64,000 nucleotides of DNA from Candidatus Nanopelagicales bacterium (GTDB taxonomy: Bacteria; Actinomycetota; Actinomycetes; S36-B12; CAIYMF01). The DNA lies in assembly GCA_025456015.1 (NCBI GenBank), contig JALOLK010000001.1, positions 22,846 to 86,845 of the forward strand. The letters run 5' to 3'. The position numbers and the translations under genes were made by a program. Below the pieces are notes generated by a model. The model saw only the letters and a list, made by a program, of their open reading frames with translations. It was not told the DNA's origin and did not search any database. Shown piece by piece: positions 29,895 through 42,226 of the stretch (position 1 is the first letter of the stretch; every line of letters begins with the position of its first letter).

Positions 29895-30103
29895 GAGTGG
29901 GCGGCGGGGTCCGATGCCGCCCCCCAGGCGCCTCCGGCGCCGGGTTCGCGGGAGGCGCGGGGGTCGGTATGCTGTGGCACCGGCGGGCCAACGTCGTCCC
30001 GCCGACCACGTCCGTACCAGTCGCGTCCGCCGCGGCCGGGGCGGGGTCGGCCACGGCGTGCGCATGGTCCTCCCCACCCGGTTGGGGTGGCGAGGAGCCC
30101 CAG

Positions 30104-33100
30104 ATGACGCTGTTCTCCGCCGTTCCCGAGGCCACCGGGCTCTACGACCCGGCCTTCGAGCGCGATGCCTGCGGCGTGGCCTTCGTGGCCACGATGACCG
30201 GGGTCGCCAGCAACGACATCGTGGTCAAGGCCATCACGGCGCTGCGCAACCTCGACCACCGCGGTGCCTCGGGTGCCGAGCCGGACAGCGGCGACGGCGC
30301 CGGCATCCTCATCCAGGTCCCCGACGCGTTCCTGCGCGCCGTGGTCGACTTCGACCTGCCCGGGGCGGGCAGCTACGCCGTCGGCATCGCGTTCCTGCCC
30401 AACGACACCGCCGGCGAGCGCCACGCGATCGCCGCCATCGAGCGCATCGCCGACGAGGAGGAGCTCGTCGTGCTGGGCTGGCGCGACGTGCCGGTGGACC
30501 GCGACCTCGTGGGGGTCACGGCGGCGGGCACCATGCCCCGGTTCCGCCAGCTGTTCGTGGCCGCCAAGCACCGCGTCCCCGACCAGATGGCCCTCGAGCG
30601 CATGGCCTTCTGCCTGCGCCGGCGGGCCGAGCGTGAGGCCGAGGTGTACTTCCCGAGCCTGTCCAGCCGCACCCTGGTCTACAAGGGCATGCTCACCACC
30701 GGCCAGCTCGAGCCGTTCTTCGCGGACCTGTCCGACCCGCGGGTGGCCAGCGCCCTGGCCCTGGTGCACTCCCGGTTCTCCACGAACACGTTCCCGAGCT
30801 GGAGCCTGGCCCACCCCTACCGGATCATCGCCCACAACGGCGAGATCAACACCGTGCGCGGCAACCGCAACTGGATGCAGGCACGCGAGGCGCAGCTGAA
30901 CTCCGAGCTCATCCCGGGCGACATCCGGCGCATCTTCCCGATCTGCACGGAGGGGGCCAGCGACTCCGCCAGCTTCGACGAGGTTGTCGAGCTGCTGCAC
31001 ATGGGCGGGCGCAGCCTGCCGCACGCGGTGCTCATGATGATCCCCGAGGCGTGGGAGAACCACGACGAGATGGACCCCGCGCGCCGCGCCTTCTACCAGT
31101 TCCACGCCAGCCTCATGGAGCCCTGGGACGGCCCGGCGAACGTCAGCTTCACCGACGGCACCGTGATCGGCGCGGTCCTGGACCGCAACGGGCTGCGCCC
31201 CGGGCGGTTCTGGGTCACCGACGACGGCCTGGTGGTGCTGGGCTCCGAGGCCGGGGTGCTCGACATCGACCCCGCCCGCGTCGTGCGCAAGGGCCGCCTG
31301 CAGCCGGGCCGGATGTTCCTGGTCGACACCGCCGCCGGGCGGATCATCGAGGACGACGAGATCAAGGCCGAGCTCGCCGCCGCGCACCCGTACGCGGACT
31401 GGCTGCGCGCCGGGATCGTGCACCTCGACGAGCTGCCCGAGCGCGAGCACGTCGTGCACACCGCCAAGTCGGTGGCCCGCCGCCAGCAGACCTTCGGCTA
31501 CACCGAGGAGGAGCTGCGGATCCTGCTCACGCCCATGGCGCGCAGCGGCCTGGAGGCGCTGGGCTCGATGGGCACCGACACCCCGATCGCGGTGCTCTCC
31601 GAACGGCCCCGGCTGCTGTTCGACTACTTCACCCAGCTCTTCGCCCAGGTCACCAACCCGCCGCTGGACGCCATCCGCGAGGAGATCGTCACCTCGCTGG
31701 CCAGCCAGATCGGCCCGGAGGGCAACCTGCTCGAGGCCACTCCGGGCCACGTCCGCCAGGTGCTGCTGCCCTTCCCCGTCATCGACAACGACGAGCTGGC
31801 GAAGCTGGGCCAGATCAACGCCGACGGCGACGCCCCGGGATTCTCCGGGGTGAAGATCAGCGGCCTGTACCGGGTGGCCGACGGCGGGCCGGGCCTGCGC
31901 AAGCGCCTCGGCGAGATCTGCGCCGAGGTGGACCGGCACATCGCCGGCGGCAAGAAGTTCCTCGTGCTCTCGGACCGCGACTCCGACGCCGACCGCGCGC
32001 CGATCCCGTCGCTGCTGCTGTGCTCGGCGGTGCACCACCACCTCGTGCGGCGCAAGGCGCGCACCCAGGTGGGCCTCATCGTCGAGGCCGGTGACGTGCG
32101 CGAGGTGCACCACGTCGCGCTGCTCATCGGCTACGGCGCCGCCGCGGTCAACCCCTACCTGGCCATGGAGAGCGTCGAGGACCTCGTGCGCCGGGGCGTC
32201 ATCACCGGGATCACGCCTGAGAAGGCGGTGCGCAACCTGGTGAAGGCGCTGGGCAAGGGCGTGCTCAAGGTCATGAGCAAGATGGGCGTCTCGACGGTGG
32301 CCTCCTACCGGGGGGCGCAGATCTTCGAGGCGATCGGCCTGAGCCACTCGCTCATCGACCAGTACTTCACGGGCACGACCTCCCGGCTGGGCGGCGTGGG
32401 CCTGAGCACCATCGCCGAGGAGGTGGCCCGCCGCCACGCCCTGGCCTACCCGGCCAACGGGATCCCGCCGGCCCACCGCACCCTGCCGGTCGGGGGGGAG
32501 TACCAGTGGCGCCGCGAGGGCGAGCCGCACCTGTTCGACCCCGACACCGTCTTCCGCCTGCAGCACGCCACCCGCACCGGCCGCATGGACGTCTTCCGCG
32601 AGTACACGCAGCGGGTCGACGACCAGGCCGAGCGGCTCATGACGCTGCGCGGGCTGTTCCGCTTCAAGGAGGGCGTGCGCGAGCCGGTGCCCCTCGACGA
32701 GGTGGAGCCGGTCAGCGCCATCGTCAGGCGGTTCTCCACCGGCGCGATGAGCTACGGCTCGATCAGCCAGGAGGCCCACGAGACCCTGGCGATCGCGATG
32801 AACCGGCTGGGTGCCAAGTCGAACACCGGCGAGGGCGGCGAGGACCCGGAGCGGTACCTGCCGCTGCCGAACGGGGACTCGAAGCGATCGGCGATCAAGC
32901 AGGTGGCCTCCGGCCGGTTCGGCGTCACCAGCGAGTACCTGGTGAACGCCGACGACATCCAGATCAAGATGGCCCAGGGCGCCAAGCCCGGCGAGGGCGG
33001 CCAGCTGCCGGGCCACAAGGTGTACCCCTGGGTGGCCAGGACCCGGCACTCGACGCCGGGCGTGGGCCTCATCAGCCCGCCGCCGCACCACGACATCTAC

Positions 33101-34642
33101 TCGATCGAGGACCTCGCCCAGCTCATCCACGACCTGAAGAACGCCAACGACGCCGCACGGATCCACGTCAAGCTCGTGGCCGAGATGGGCGTGGGCACGG
33201 TCGCCGCGGGCGTGGCCAAGGCGCACGCCGACGTGATCCTCATCTCGGGCCACGACGGCGGCACCGGCGCCTCGCCGCTGACCTCGCTCAAGCACGCCGG
33301 GGCCCCCTGGGAGCTCGGCCTGGCCGAGACCCAGCAGACCCTGCTGCTCAACCGGCTGCGCGACCGCGTGGTGCTGCAGACCGACGGCCAGCTCAAGACC
33401 GGCCGCGACGTGGTCGTGGCCGCCCTGCTCGGCGCCGAGGAGTACGGCTTCGCCACGGCCCCGCTGGTGGTCATGGGCTGCGTGATGATGCGGGTCTGCC
33501 ACCTCGACACCTGCCCGGTCGGCGTGGCCACCCAGAACCCGCAGCTGCGGGCCCGGTTCACCGGGCAGGCCGACCACGTCGTGAGCTTCTTCGAGTTCAT
33601 CGCCGAGGAGGTGCGCGAGCACCTGGCCGCGCTGGGCTTCCGCACGCTGGAGGAGGCGATCGGCCACGTCGAGGTGCTCGACACCCGGGCCGCGGTGCAC
33701 CACTGGAAGGCCTCCGGCCTGGACCTGAGCCCGGTGCTCACACCGATCCCGGTCGCCGAGGGCGAGGCGCTGCACCACACCACCGCCCAGGACCACGGCC
33801 TGGCCCGTGCCCTGGACCGCCAGCTCATCGACCTGTGCCGCCCGGCCCTCGAGACCGGTGATCCGGTGCGGGCCCAGCTGCCGATCCGCAACGTCAACCG
33901 CACCGTCGGCACGATGCTCGGCGCGGAGGTGACCCGCCGGCACGGCGGCGCGGGCCTGCCTGACGGCACGATCGACCTGACCTTCACGGGCTCGGCCGGC
34001 CAGTCGTTCGGGGCCTTCCTGCCGGCCGGGGTCACGCTGCGCCTCGAGGGCGACGCGAACGACTACGTCGCCAAGGGCCTGTCCGGGGGCCGCGTGGTGG
34101 TCCGGCCGGACCGCACCGCGCCGTTCGCCGCCGAGGAGCAGATCATCGCGGGCAACGTGATCGGCTACGGGGCCACCTCGGGCGAGGTGTTCCTGCGCGG
34201 CCGGGTCGGCGAGCGCTTCGCGGTGCGCAACTCCGGGGCGACCCTGGTCGTCGAGGGCGTGGGCGACCACGGGTGCGAGTACATGACCGGCGGCCGGGTG
34301 GTGGTCCTCGGGCAGACCGGGCGCAACTTCGCGGCCGGCATGTCCGGTGGCATCGCCTACGTGCTCGACCTGGCCCCGCAGCGGGTGAACCTCGACATGG
34401 TGGCCCTCGAGCCCCTGGGTCCCGACGACCAGGACTTCCTCACCGCGGTGCTGCGCCGGCACGCCGAGGAGACCGGCTCGACGCTGGCCGAGGCGCTGCT
34501 GGCCGAGGGCACGGGGGCGCTGGCCCGCTTCAGCAAGATCATGCCGACCGACTACCGACGCATCCTGGACCTGCAGGACAAGGCACGCGCCGAGGGCCGC
34601 GACCCGATCGAGGCCGTGCTGGAGGAGATGACCCGTGGCTGA
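30104..34642 (+). CDS. gltB: glutamate synthase (GOGAT) large subunit
   Basis: 1512 aa. N-terminal Ntn amidotransferase domain ([11 protein letters not shown]), FMN/3Fe-4S central domain ([13 protein letters not shown]) and a C-terminal beta-helix ([16 protein letters not shown]). GAGGAG SD before ATG 30104. Confidence 0.96.
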   Translation: MTLFSAVPEATGLYDPAFERDACGVAFVATMTGVASNDIVVKAITALRNLDHRGASGAEPDSGDGAGILIQVPDAFLRAVVDFDLPGAGSYAVGIAFLPNDTAGERHAIAAIERIADEEELVVLGWRDVPVDRDLVGVTAAGTMPRFRQLFVAAKHRVPDQMALERMAFCLRRRAEREAEVYFPSLSSRTLVYKGMLTTGQLEPFFADLSDPRVASALALVHSRFSTNTFPSWSLAHPYRIIAHNGEINTVRGNRNWMQAREAQLNSELIPGDIRRIFPICTEGASDSASFDEVVELLHMGGRSLPHAVLMMIPEAWENHDEMDPARRAFYQFHASLMEPWDGPANVSFTDGTVIGAVLDRNGLRPGRFWVTDDGLVVLGSEAGVLDIDPARVVRKGRLQPGRMFLVDTAAGRIIEDDEIKAELAAAHPYADWLRAGIVHLDELPEREHVVHTAKSVARRQQTFGYTEEELRILLTPMARSGLEALGSMGTDTPIAVLSERPRLLFDYFTQLFAQVTNPPLDAIREEIVTSLASQIGPEGNLLEATPGHVRQVLLPFPVIDNDELAKLGQINADGDAPGFSGVKISGLYRVADGGPGLRKRLGEICAEVDRHIAGGKKFLVLSDRDSDADRAPIPSLLLCSAVHHHLVRRKARTQVGLIVEAGDVREVHHVALLIGYGAAAVNPYLAMESVEDLVRRGVITGITPEKAVRNLVKALGKGVLKVMSKMGVSTVASYRGAQIFEAIGLSHSLIDQYFTGTTSRLGGVGLSTIAEEVARRHALAYPANGIPPAHRTLPVGGEYQWRREGEPHLFDPDTVFRLQHATRTGRMDVFREYTQRVDDQAERLMTLRGLFRFKEGVREPVPLDEVEPVSAIVRRFSTGAMSYGSISQEAHETLAIAMNRLGAKSNTGEGGEDPERYLPLPNGDSKRSAIKQVASGRFGVTSEYLVNADDIQIKMAQGAKPGEGGQLPGHKVYPWVARTRHSTPGVGLISPPPHHDIYSIEDLAQLIHDLKNANDAARIHVKLVAEMGVGTVAAGVAKAHADVILISGHDGGTGASPLTSLKHAGAPWELGLAETQQTLLLNRLRDRVVLQTDGQLKTGRDVVVAALLGAEEYGFATAPLVVMGCVMMRVCHLDTCPVGVATQNPQLRARFTGQADHVVSFFEFIAEEVREHLAALGFRTLEEAIGHVEVLDTRAAVHHWKASGLDLSPVLTPIPVAEGEALHHTTAQDHGLARALDRQLIDLCRPALETGDPVRAQLPIRNVNRTVGTMLGAEVTRRHGGAGLPDGTIDLTFTGSAGQSFGAFLPAGVTLRLEGDANDYVAKGLSGGRVVVRPDRTAPFAAEEQIIAGNVIGYGATSGEVFLRGRVGERFAVRNSGATLVVEGVGDHGCEYMTGGRVVVLGQTGRNFAAGMSGGIAYVLDLAPQRVNLDMVALEPLGPDDQDFLTAVLRRHAEETGSTLAEALLAEGTGALARFSKIMPTDYRRILDLQDKARAEGRDPIEAVLEEMTRG

Positions 34643-36089
34643 CCCGAAGGGCTTCCTGAAGCACCCCCGCGAGCTGCCGGCCCGGCGGCCGGTCGACGTG
34701 CGCATCCAGGACTGGCGGGAGGTGTACGAGCCGTTCCCGGCCGAGCACCTGCAGCGCCAGGCCGGCCGGTGCATGGACTGCGGCATCCCGTTCTGCCACC
34801 AGGGCTGCCCGCTGGGCAACCTCATCCCGGAGTGGAACGACCTGGTGTGGCGCGACGACTGGCGCGAGGCCAGCGAGCGGCTGCACGCGACGAACAACTT
34901 CCCGGAGTTCACCGGCCGGCTCTGCCCGGCGCCCTGCGAGACCGCGTGCGTGCTCGGCATCAACGCCGACGCCGTCACGATCAAGCAGGTCGAGGTCTCG
35001 ATCATCGACCGGGCCTGGGAGGCCGGCTGGGTGGTCCCGCAGGCTCCCGAGCGGCTGTCCGGCAAGCGTGTCGCGGTGATCGGCTCGGGCCCCGCGGGGC
35101 TCGCCGTCGCCCAGCAGCTGGCCCGGGTCGGGCACACCGTGTCGGTCTACGAGCGGGCCGAGCGCATCGGCGGCCTGCTGCGGTACGGCATCCCCGAGTT
35201 CAAGATGGAGAAGCACCACGTCGACCGGCGGCTGGCCCAGCTCGAGGCCGAGGGCGTGAAGTTCCGCACCGGCGTCGAGGTGGGGGTGGACCTCACGGTC
35301 GCCGAGCTGCGCCGGCGCCACGACGTGATCGTGCTGGCCATCGGCGCCACCCAGTGGCGCGACCTGCCCGTCCCGGGCCGCGACCTCGCCGGCGTGCACC
35401 AGGCCATGGAGTACCTGCCGCTGTCGAACCGTGTCTGCGAGGGGACGGCGAGCAGCACGCCGATCGATGCGGCGGGCAAGCACGTGGTCATCATCGGCGG
35501 CGGCGACACCGGTGCCGACTGCCTGGGCACCGCGCACCGGCAGGGTGCGGCGTCGGTGACCCAGCTGGAGATCCTGCCCACCCCACCGGCGACCCGGCCC
35601 GGCAGCGCTCCGTGGCCGACCTACCCGATGGTGTACCGCGTCTCGTCGGCCCACGAGGAGGGCGGCGAGCGCCTCTTCTCGGTGAGCACCCGGGCCTTCC
35701 TGGGCGACGACCACGGCCAGCTGCGTGCCCTGCAGCTGGTCGAGGTCGTCATGCGCGACGGCCGGTTCGAGGAGGTGCCCGGCAGCGAGCGGGAGATCCC
35801 CGCCGACCTCGTGTTCCTCGCGATGGGGTTCACCGGCCCCGAGCGCAGCCCGCTGCTCGAGCAGCTCGGCGTGGAGCTCGACGAGCGGGGCAACGTGCGC
35901 CGGGACGGCCAGTACGCGACGAGCGTGCCCGGCGTGTTCGTGGCCGGCGACGCGGGCCGTGGGCAGTCGCTCATCGTCTGGGCGATCGCCGAGGGGCGGG
36001 CGGCGGCGGCGGCCGTCGATGCCCATCTCATGGGCTCCACCGCGCTGCCGGTGCCGATCCCACCGACCGCACGGCCCCTCATGGTCTGA
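34635..36089 (+). CDS. gltD: glutamate synthase small subunit (NADPH)
   Basis: 484 aa. Fe-S cysteines [11 protein letters not shown]...GCPLGN and CPAPCE..C, and dinucleotide folds [10 protein letters not shown] and [11 protein letters not shown]. The start overlaps the gltB 3' end. Confidence 0.95.
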   Translation: MADPKGFLKHPRELPARRPVDVRIQDWREVYEPFPAEHLQRQAGRCMDCGIPFCHQGCPLGNLIPEWNDLVWRDDWREASERLHATNNFPEFTGRLCPAPCETACVLGINADAVTIKQVEVSIIDRAWEAGWVVPQAPERLSGKRVAVIGSGPAGLAVAQQLARVGHTVSVYERAERIGGLLRYGIPEFKMEKHHVDRRLAQLEAEGVKFRTGVEVGVDLTVAELRRRHDVIVLAIGATQWRDLPVPGRDLAGVHQAMEYLPLSNRVCEGTASSTPIDAAGKHVVIIGGGDTGADCLGTAHRQGAASVTQLEILPTPPATRPGSAPWPTYPMVYRVSSAHEEGGERLFSVSTRAFLGDDHGQLRALQLVEVVMRDGRFEEVPGSEREIPADLVFLAMGFTGPERSPLLEQLGVELDERGNVRRDGQYATSVPGVFVAGDAGRGQSLIVWAIAEGRAAAAAVDAHLMGSTALPVPIPPTARPLMV

Positions 36090-36096
36090 GGTGGCG

Positions 36097-37335
36097 ATGG
36101 AGCTGGGCCGGGTGCTGGACAGCCTGCGCCGCGCGGTCGAGCAGGCCCCCGACGACGCCGTGCTGCGGGCCCACCTCGCGGGGATGCTGCTGGACGCGGG
36201 CCTGGCCCAGGAGGCCATCGGGCACCTCGGGCTGCTGCTCGCGCGTGACCCCGGTGATCCCGACGCCCGGGCGCTCATGCGGCGCGCGGTCGCGGCGGAG
36301 GGTGGCCCGGGCGCGGGCGACGAGGACGGCCCTGGGAGCTTCGACCTGCCCCCGGACGTGCTGGGTCCAGGCGCCGGTGGGAGGAGCACCGCGGGAGGTG
36401 AGTTCGACTGGGGTGCCGCCGAGCAGGACCTCACCGCCGGCCTGACCCACGAGCCGATCGCGACGTCCCTGCGCCTGGCCGACGTCGGGGGCCTCGAGGA
36501 GGTCAAGGCCGAGCTCGAGGCCGCCTTCCTCGCCCCGCTGCGCAACCCCGCCCTGCGCGAGCGCTACGGCGCGACCCTGCGGGGCGGCCTGCTGCTCTAC
36601 GGACCGCCCGGCTGCGGCAAGACGCACCTGGCGCGCGCGGTCGCCGGTGAGCTCGGGGCGCGGTTCATCGCCGTGTCCCTGGCCGACGTGCTCAGCTCGT
36701 GGCTGGGCCGCAGCGAGGGCAACGTGGCCGAGCTCTTCGCGGCGGCCCGGGCCCAGGCGCCGACGCTGGTCTTCCTCGACGAGCTCGACGCGCTCGGTCG
36801 CTCCCGCGGGGCGCTGGGCCGCTCGGGCTCGGCCCTGCGCGGCGTCGTCAACCAGCTGCTCACCGAGCTCGACGGGGTGGCCAGCCGCAACGAGGGTGTC
36901 TTCGTCCTGGCCGCCACGAACGCGCCCTGGGACATCGACCCGGCGCTGCGCCGGCCCGGCCGGCTGGACCGCACCCTGTTCGTCGGCCCCCCCGACGCCC
37001 CGGCTCGCGCCCACATCCTGCGCACCCACCTGGCCGGGCTGCCGCTGGCCGCCGACGTCGACGTCGAGGCCCTCGCCGCCCGCAGCGCCGGGCTGTCCGG
37101 GGCCGACCTCGCGCTGGCGTGCCGCGCGGCGGCCCAGGCAGCCCTGCGCGAGGCCGCCCGCACCGCCGACCCGCAGCGTTCGGTGGCCGCCGCGGACCTG
37201 CAGGCGGCCCTGGCCGGCGTCGCGCCGTCGACCGCGCCGTGGTTCGCCACCGCCCGCAACGTGGTGCTCTTCGGCGACGAGGCCGGGGCGTACGCCGACC
37301 TGGCCACGTACCTGCGCAGCCACCGGATGCTCTGA
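36097..37335 (+). CDS. classical-clade AAA+ ATPase with N-terminal TPR-like hairpin and Gly/Pro/Asp-rich linker
   Basis: 412 aa. Walker A GPPGCGKT, pore loop SSWLGRSEG, Walker B LVFLDELD, sensor-1 LAATN, and second region of homology PALRRPGRLDR. ATG lies 7 nt after the gltD stop, with GAGG 5 nt upstream. Confidence 0.85.
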   Translation: MELGRVLDSLRRAVEQAPDDAVLRAHLAGMLLDAGLAQEAIGHLGLLLARDPGDPDARALMRRAVAAEGGPGAGDEDGPGSFDLPPDVLGPGAGGRSTAGGEFDWGAAEQDLTAGLTHEPIATSLRLADVGGLEEVKAELEAAFLAPLRNPALRERYGATLRGGLLLYGPPGCGKTHLARAVAGELGARFIAVSLADVLSSWLGRSEGNVAELFAAARAQAPTLVFLDELDALGRSRGALGRSGSALRGVVNQLLTELDGVASRNEGVFVLAATNAPWDIDPALRRPGRLDRTLFVGPPDAPARAHILRTHLAGLPLAADVDVEALAARSAGLSGADLALACRAAAQAALREAARTADPQRSVAAADLQAALAGVAPSTAPWFATARNVVLFGDEAGAYADLATYLRSHRML

Positions 37336-37344
37336 GCGCCCGGC

Positions 37345-38466
37345 ATGCCAGCGACCGTGACCCCGGGCCCGGCGGGCGGGCCGCCGGACCCGGACGACCG
37401 GTACACCCTGGCCCGTGGCCTCGTGGCCGCGCAGCGCTGGGCCGCGGCCCTCGACGCCGTGGCTGCCGGCCTCGCCGCAGCCCCGGACGACCCGGTCCTG
37501 CTGGGCCTGCAGGTGCGGGCCCTGCGGGCCCTGGGCCGGTCGGCGCAGGCCCTGCCGGTCGCCCAGCGGCTGTGGACGCTGGCCCCGGAGGATCCCTACC
37601 CCTGCCGGCTGCTGACGCTGGTGCTGCTGGACCTGGGCCAGGTCGATGCCGCGCTGCAGGCCGCGGGCCGTGCGGTCTGCCTCGATCCGCAGAACGGCGC
37701 CAACCACCTGGCCCTGTCCCGGGCCTGGGCGGACTCGTCCCGGCCCGGCGCGGTGGAGCGCCAACTGGCCAGCGCGCGGATCGCCCTGCAGCTCGACCCG
37801 TCCAGCATCGACGCCCAGCTGCAGCTCGGCACCGCCCTGGCTGCCAGCGGCGAGGTCGCCGCGGCCCGGGCGGCCTATCGCGAGGTCCTGCGGCTGGAGC
37901 CCGGGAACGCCGCAGCCCTGAACAACCTCGCGGTGCTCGACCTGCAGGCCGGTGCCCACCGGGCCGCCGCCCGCACCCTGGCCGCCGCGCTGGCGGCCGA
38001 CCCGCAGGACCGTGACGCCCAGCGCAACCTCGACGTCGTCGCGGTCTGGGCCGTCCGGCGGGTCGGCTGGGTGCTGCTGGCCGGGCCGCTGCCCGCGATG
38101 CTGGCCGCGGCCCTGGGCTGGGCGCTCGTGGGCCGGCTGCTCGCAGCTGCCGTGCTGCTGGGTGGGCCACTGGCCGCCACCCGGTGGTGGCGAGGGCTGA
38201 CCGAGGGCCAACGGCACCACCTGCGGACCCTGCCGCGCCGGATCCCGCCCGCGCGCTGGCTGCGCTGGCCCGTGGCCGCCGCGCTGGTCGGCGGGGCGGG
38301 GTTGGCCCTGGTGCTGCTCGCGCCGCGCCTGGTGGCCGGACCCGCGGGGGCCATCTGGGCGCTGGCGGCGCTGGCCCTCGCCCTGGCGCGGGTGCTCGCG
38401 GCCACCCTGCGCCGGTCCCGGCGCGCCGAGGTGGCCGGGCGCTGGGACCGGGTGCGCCACCGCTAG
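37345..38466 (+). CDS. TPR-repeat protein with C-terminal multi-pass membrane region
   Basis: 373 aa. About 230 aa of TPR-like repeats (...ALDAVAAGLAAAPDDP..., ...AYREVLRLEPGNAAALNNLAVL...) followed by about 4 hydrophobic helices. ATG lies 9 nt after the AAA stop. Confidence 0.7.
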   Translation: MPATVTPGPAGGPPDPDDRYTLARGLVAAQRWAAALDAVAAGLAAAPDDPVLLGLQVRALRALGRSAQALPVAQRLWTLAPEDPYPCRLLTLVLLDLGQVDAALQAAGRAVCLDPQNGANHLALSRAWADSSRPGAVERQLASARIALQLDPSSIDAQLQLGTALAASGEVAAARAAYREVLRLEPGNAAALNNLAVLDLQAGAHRAAARTLAAALAADPQDRDAQRNLDVVAVWAVRRVGWVLLAGPLPAMLAAALGWALVGRLLAAAVLLGGPLAATRWWRGLTEGQRHHLRTLPRRIPPARWLRWPVAAALVGGAGLALVLLAPRLVAGPAGAIWALAALALALARVLAATLRRSRRAEVAGRWDRVRHR

Positions 38467-38475
38467 CCGATCGGT

Positions 38476-38489
38476 GCGACGCGCGTCGC
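38476..38489 (+). terminator. short GC palindrome after the TPR gene (weak terminator candidate)
   Basis: GCGACGCGCGTCGC, 10 nt after the stop at 38466. Confidence 0.25.
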
Positions 38490-38577
38490 CGCGCCACCGG
38501 GTCCTGCGCGGGGAGTGTTCGCGGATCCTTCATCCGGGGGCAGCCCCGCTCACCGTGCCGCGTGGCCGCCGCGTGGC

Positions 38578-38583
38578 TACGCT
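38578..38583 (+). promoter_or_regulatory. candidate -10 hexamer TACGCT for a leaderless pyk transcript
   Basis: TACGCT + 7 nt (CCCGCCC) + ATG 38591, with no SD. A direct repeat CCGCGTGGC x2 lies just upstream. Confidence 0.45.
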
Positions 38584-38590
38584 CCCGCCC

Positions 38591-40030
38591 ATGCGCCGCG
38601 CGAAGATCGTCTGCACCCTTGGCCCCGCCACCTCGACCTACGAGCAGGTCAAGCAGCTCATCGACGCCGGCATGAACGTCGCCCGGCTCAACATGTCGCA
38701 CGGGGAGCACGCCGTGCACGCGGAGTCCTATGCCAACGTCCGCCGGGCCGCCCGCGAGCTGGGCCGCGGGGTCGGGATCGTGGCCGACCTGCAGGGCCCG
38801 AAGATCCGCCTCGGACGCTTCGCCGAGGGCCCGGTCGTGCTCGAGAACGGCGCCGAGTTCACGATCACGACCGAGGACATCCTCGGCGACGTGACGCAGT
38901 GCGGCACCACGCACAAGGGCCTGCCGGGGGACTGCAGCACCGGCGACACCCTGCTCGTCGACGACGGCAAGGTGAAGCTCGAGGTGCTCGAGGTGCAGGG
39001 CCCCCGGGTGCGCACCCGGGTGGTCGAGGGCGGCCCGGTGAGCAACAACAAGGGCATCAACCTGCCCGGGGCGAACGTGAGCGTGCCGGCCCTGTCCGAG
39101 AAGGACAAGGAGGACCTGCGCTGGGCGCTGCGCATCGGCGTGGACATGGTGTTCCTGTCCTTCGTGCGCACCGGGGCCGACGTCGAGGACGTGCACGCGA
39201 TCATGGACGAGATGGGCCGGCGCATCCCGGTGCTGGCCAAGGTGGAGAAGCCCCAGGCCGTCGAGAACCTCGCCGGGATCGTCGAGGCCTTCGACGGCGT
39301 CATGGTGGCGCGTGGCGACCTCGGCGTGGAGCTGCCCCTGCAGGAGGTGCCGATCGTCCAGAAGCAGGCGATCCAGATGTGTCGCGAGGCGAGCAAGCCG
39401 GTGATCGTGGCCACCCAGATGCTCGAGTCGATGATGGAGAACACCCGGCCCACCCGTGCCGAGGCCTCGGACGTGGCCAACGCCGTGCTCGACGGTGCCG
39501 ACGCGGTCATGCTCTCCGGCGAGACCAGCGTGGGCAAGCACCCCAACCTCGTCGTCGAGACGATGGCCAGCATCGTGTCCTACGCCGAGGAGCACGGCCT
39601 CGAGCGGCTGCCGAAGCTGCCGAAGAAGAAGCGCCAGACCGTCGCGGGGGCGGTCACCCGCTCGGCCACCGACGTGGCCGGCTGGCTCGATGCCAACTAC
39701 CTCGCGGCGTTCTCCGAGACGGGCCGGACCGCGCGCATCATGGCCGCCACGCGGCCCAAGACGCGCATGCTGGTGTTCACCCCCAGTGCGGCGATCCAGC
39801 AGCAGCTGTCGGTCGTCTGGGGGGTGAAGTGCTTCCTGGTGCCCCCCGCCACGCACACCGACCAGATGGTCGAGCAGATCGACGCCGCCCTGCTCTCCAG
39901 CGGCCTGGGCCAGGAGGGCGAGCTCGTGGTCCTCATCGCCGGCGTGCCCCCGGGCGTGGCCGGCACGACCAACGGCCTGCGGGTGCACTCCGTCGGGGCG
40001 GGCTCGGTCGAGCGGCCCCTGCGCGCCTGA
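38591..40030 (+). CDS. pyk: pyruvate kinase
   Basis: 479 aa: KIVCTLGPA, ARLNMSHG, MVARGDLGVE, ATQMLESM, MLSGETS. Confidence 0.96.
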   Translation: MRRAKIVCTLGPATSTYEQVKQLIDAGMNVARLNMSHGEHAVHAESYANVRRAARELGRGVGIVADLQGPKIRLGRFAEGPVVLENGAEFTITTEDILGDVTQCGTTHKGLPGDCSTGDTLLVDDGKVKLEVLEVQGPRVRTRVVEGGPVSNNKGINLPGANVSVPALSEKDKEDLRWALRIGVDMVFLSFVRTGADVEDVHAIMDEMGRRIPVLAKVEKPQAVENLAGIVEAFDGVMVARGDLGVELPLQEVPIVQKQAIQMCREASKPVIVATQMLESMMENTRPTRAEASDVANAVLDGADAVMLSGETSVGKHPNLVVETMASIVSYAEEHGLERLPKLPKKKRQTVAGAVTRSATDVAGWLDANYLAAFSETGRTARIMAATRPKTRMLVFTPSAAIQQQLSVVWGVKCFLVPPATHTDQMVEQIDAALLSSGLGQEGELVVLIAGVPPGVAGTTNGLRVHSVGAGSVERPLRA

Positions 40031-40040
40031 CGGGCCGCCG

Positions 40041-40062
40041 CCTCGGCGAGCCGGGGCCGAGG
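40041..40062 (+). terminator. hairpin after pyk (terminator candidate, no U-tract)
   Basis: CCTCGGC-gagccggg-GCCGAGG, a 7-bp stem starting 11 nt after the pyk stop. Confidence 0.35.
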
Positions 40063-40107
40063 TCAGTCGGTGGCTCGGCACAGCGTCGCCGGGTTGCGTC
40101 CCCTTGG

Positions 40108-40125
40108 TCACGCTCCGTAGCGTGA
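40108..40125. promoter_or_regulatory. 18-bp palindrome overlapping the candidate bldD -10; BldD-box-like
   Basis: TCACGCT-CCGT-AGCGTGA. The left part, TCAC-GCTCC-GTAG, matches 7 of the 8 fixed positions of the recalled BldD box TNAC-N5-GTNA. It overlaps TAGCGT (40118-40123). Confidence 0.35.
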
Positions 40126-40147
40126 GGCGCGAGCTGAGGAGGCCTCC

Positions 40148-40636
40148 GTGTCGAACGACTACGCCAAGGCCCTCGGCGCCAAGCTGCGGCAGGTCCGCAA
40201 CCAGCAGGGCCTGAGCCTGCAGGGCGTCGAGGCCAAGTCGGGCGGCGTCTGGAAGGCCGTCGTGGTCGGCTCGTACGAGCGCGGCGACCGCGCCGTGACG
40301 GTGCAGCGCCTCGCCGAGCTCGCCGAGTTCTACGGGGTGCCGATGGCCGAGCTGCTCCCGGAGCCGGCCAGCCCGGCGATCATCGAGCCGCCGCCCCGGC
40401 TGGTCATCGACCTCGAGCAGCTCGGTCGCGTGCCGGCCGACAAGGCCGGGCCGCTGGCCCGCTACGTGGCCGCGATCCAGGCCCAGCGCGGCGACTACAA
40501 CGGCCGGGTCCTGTCGATCCGCCAGGACGACCTGCGCACCCTGGCCGTCATCTACGACGAGGCCCCCGGGCCACTGGCCGAGCAGCTCATCGAGTGGGGC
40601 GTGCTCAACCCCGAGGCCCGTCGCGCCGTCGACTGA
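40148..40636 (+). CDS. bldD: developmental/c-di-GMP-responsive transcriptional regulator BldD homologue
   Basis: 162 aa, near-colinear with recalled Streptomyces BldD. N-terminal XRE HTH (YAK.LGAKLR..R.QQGLSL.GVE.KS.G.WKAVVVGSYERGDRAVTVQRLAELA.FYGVP). The C-terminal domain has RGD at 114-116 and RQDD at 125-128. It is adjacent to pyrR, as in Streptomyces. GAGGAGG SD, GTG start. Confidence 0.85.
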   Translation: MSNDYAKALGAKLRQVRNQQGLSLQGVEAKSGGVWKAVVVGSYERGDRAVTVQRLAELAEFYGVPMAELLPEPASPAIIEPPPRLVIDLEQLGRVPADKAGPLARYVAAIQAQRGDYNGRVLSIRQDDLRTLAVIYDEAPGPLAEQLIEWGVLNPEARRAVD

Positions 40637-40688
40637 GCGACCCGGGCCCCTCCCGCACCCGCGTTCCGGGCGGAGCGTCGTCGCCCGC

Positions 40689-40694
40689 TACGAT
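40689..40694 (+). promoter_or_regulatory. candidate -10 hexamer TACGAT of the pyr operon promoter
   Basis: TACGAT lies 6-7 nt upstream of the start of the structured leader (about 40701). Confidence 0.4.
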
Positions 40695-40700
40695 GCTGCT

Positions 40701-42222
<1,522 letters not shown>

Positions 42223-42226
<4 letters not shown>

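Noticed and set aside
29759-35137. N-terminal about 1790 aa of the 2183-aa minus-strand ORF 28586-35137
   Set aside because: It is antisense to gltB, whose frame is unambiguous. Only the last 390 codons (from ATG 29758, with a signal peptide and PQQ-dehydrogenase motifs) are a real gene.
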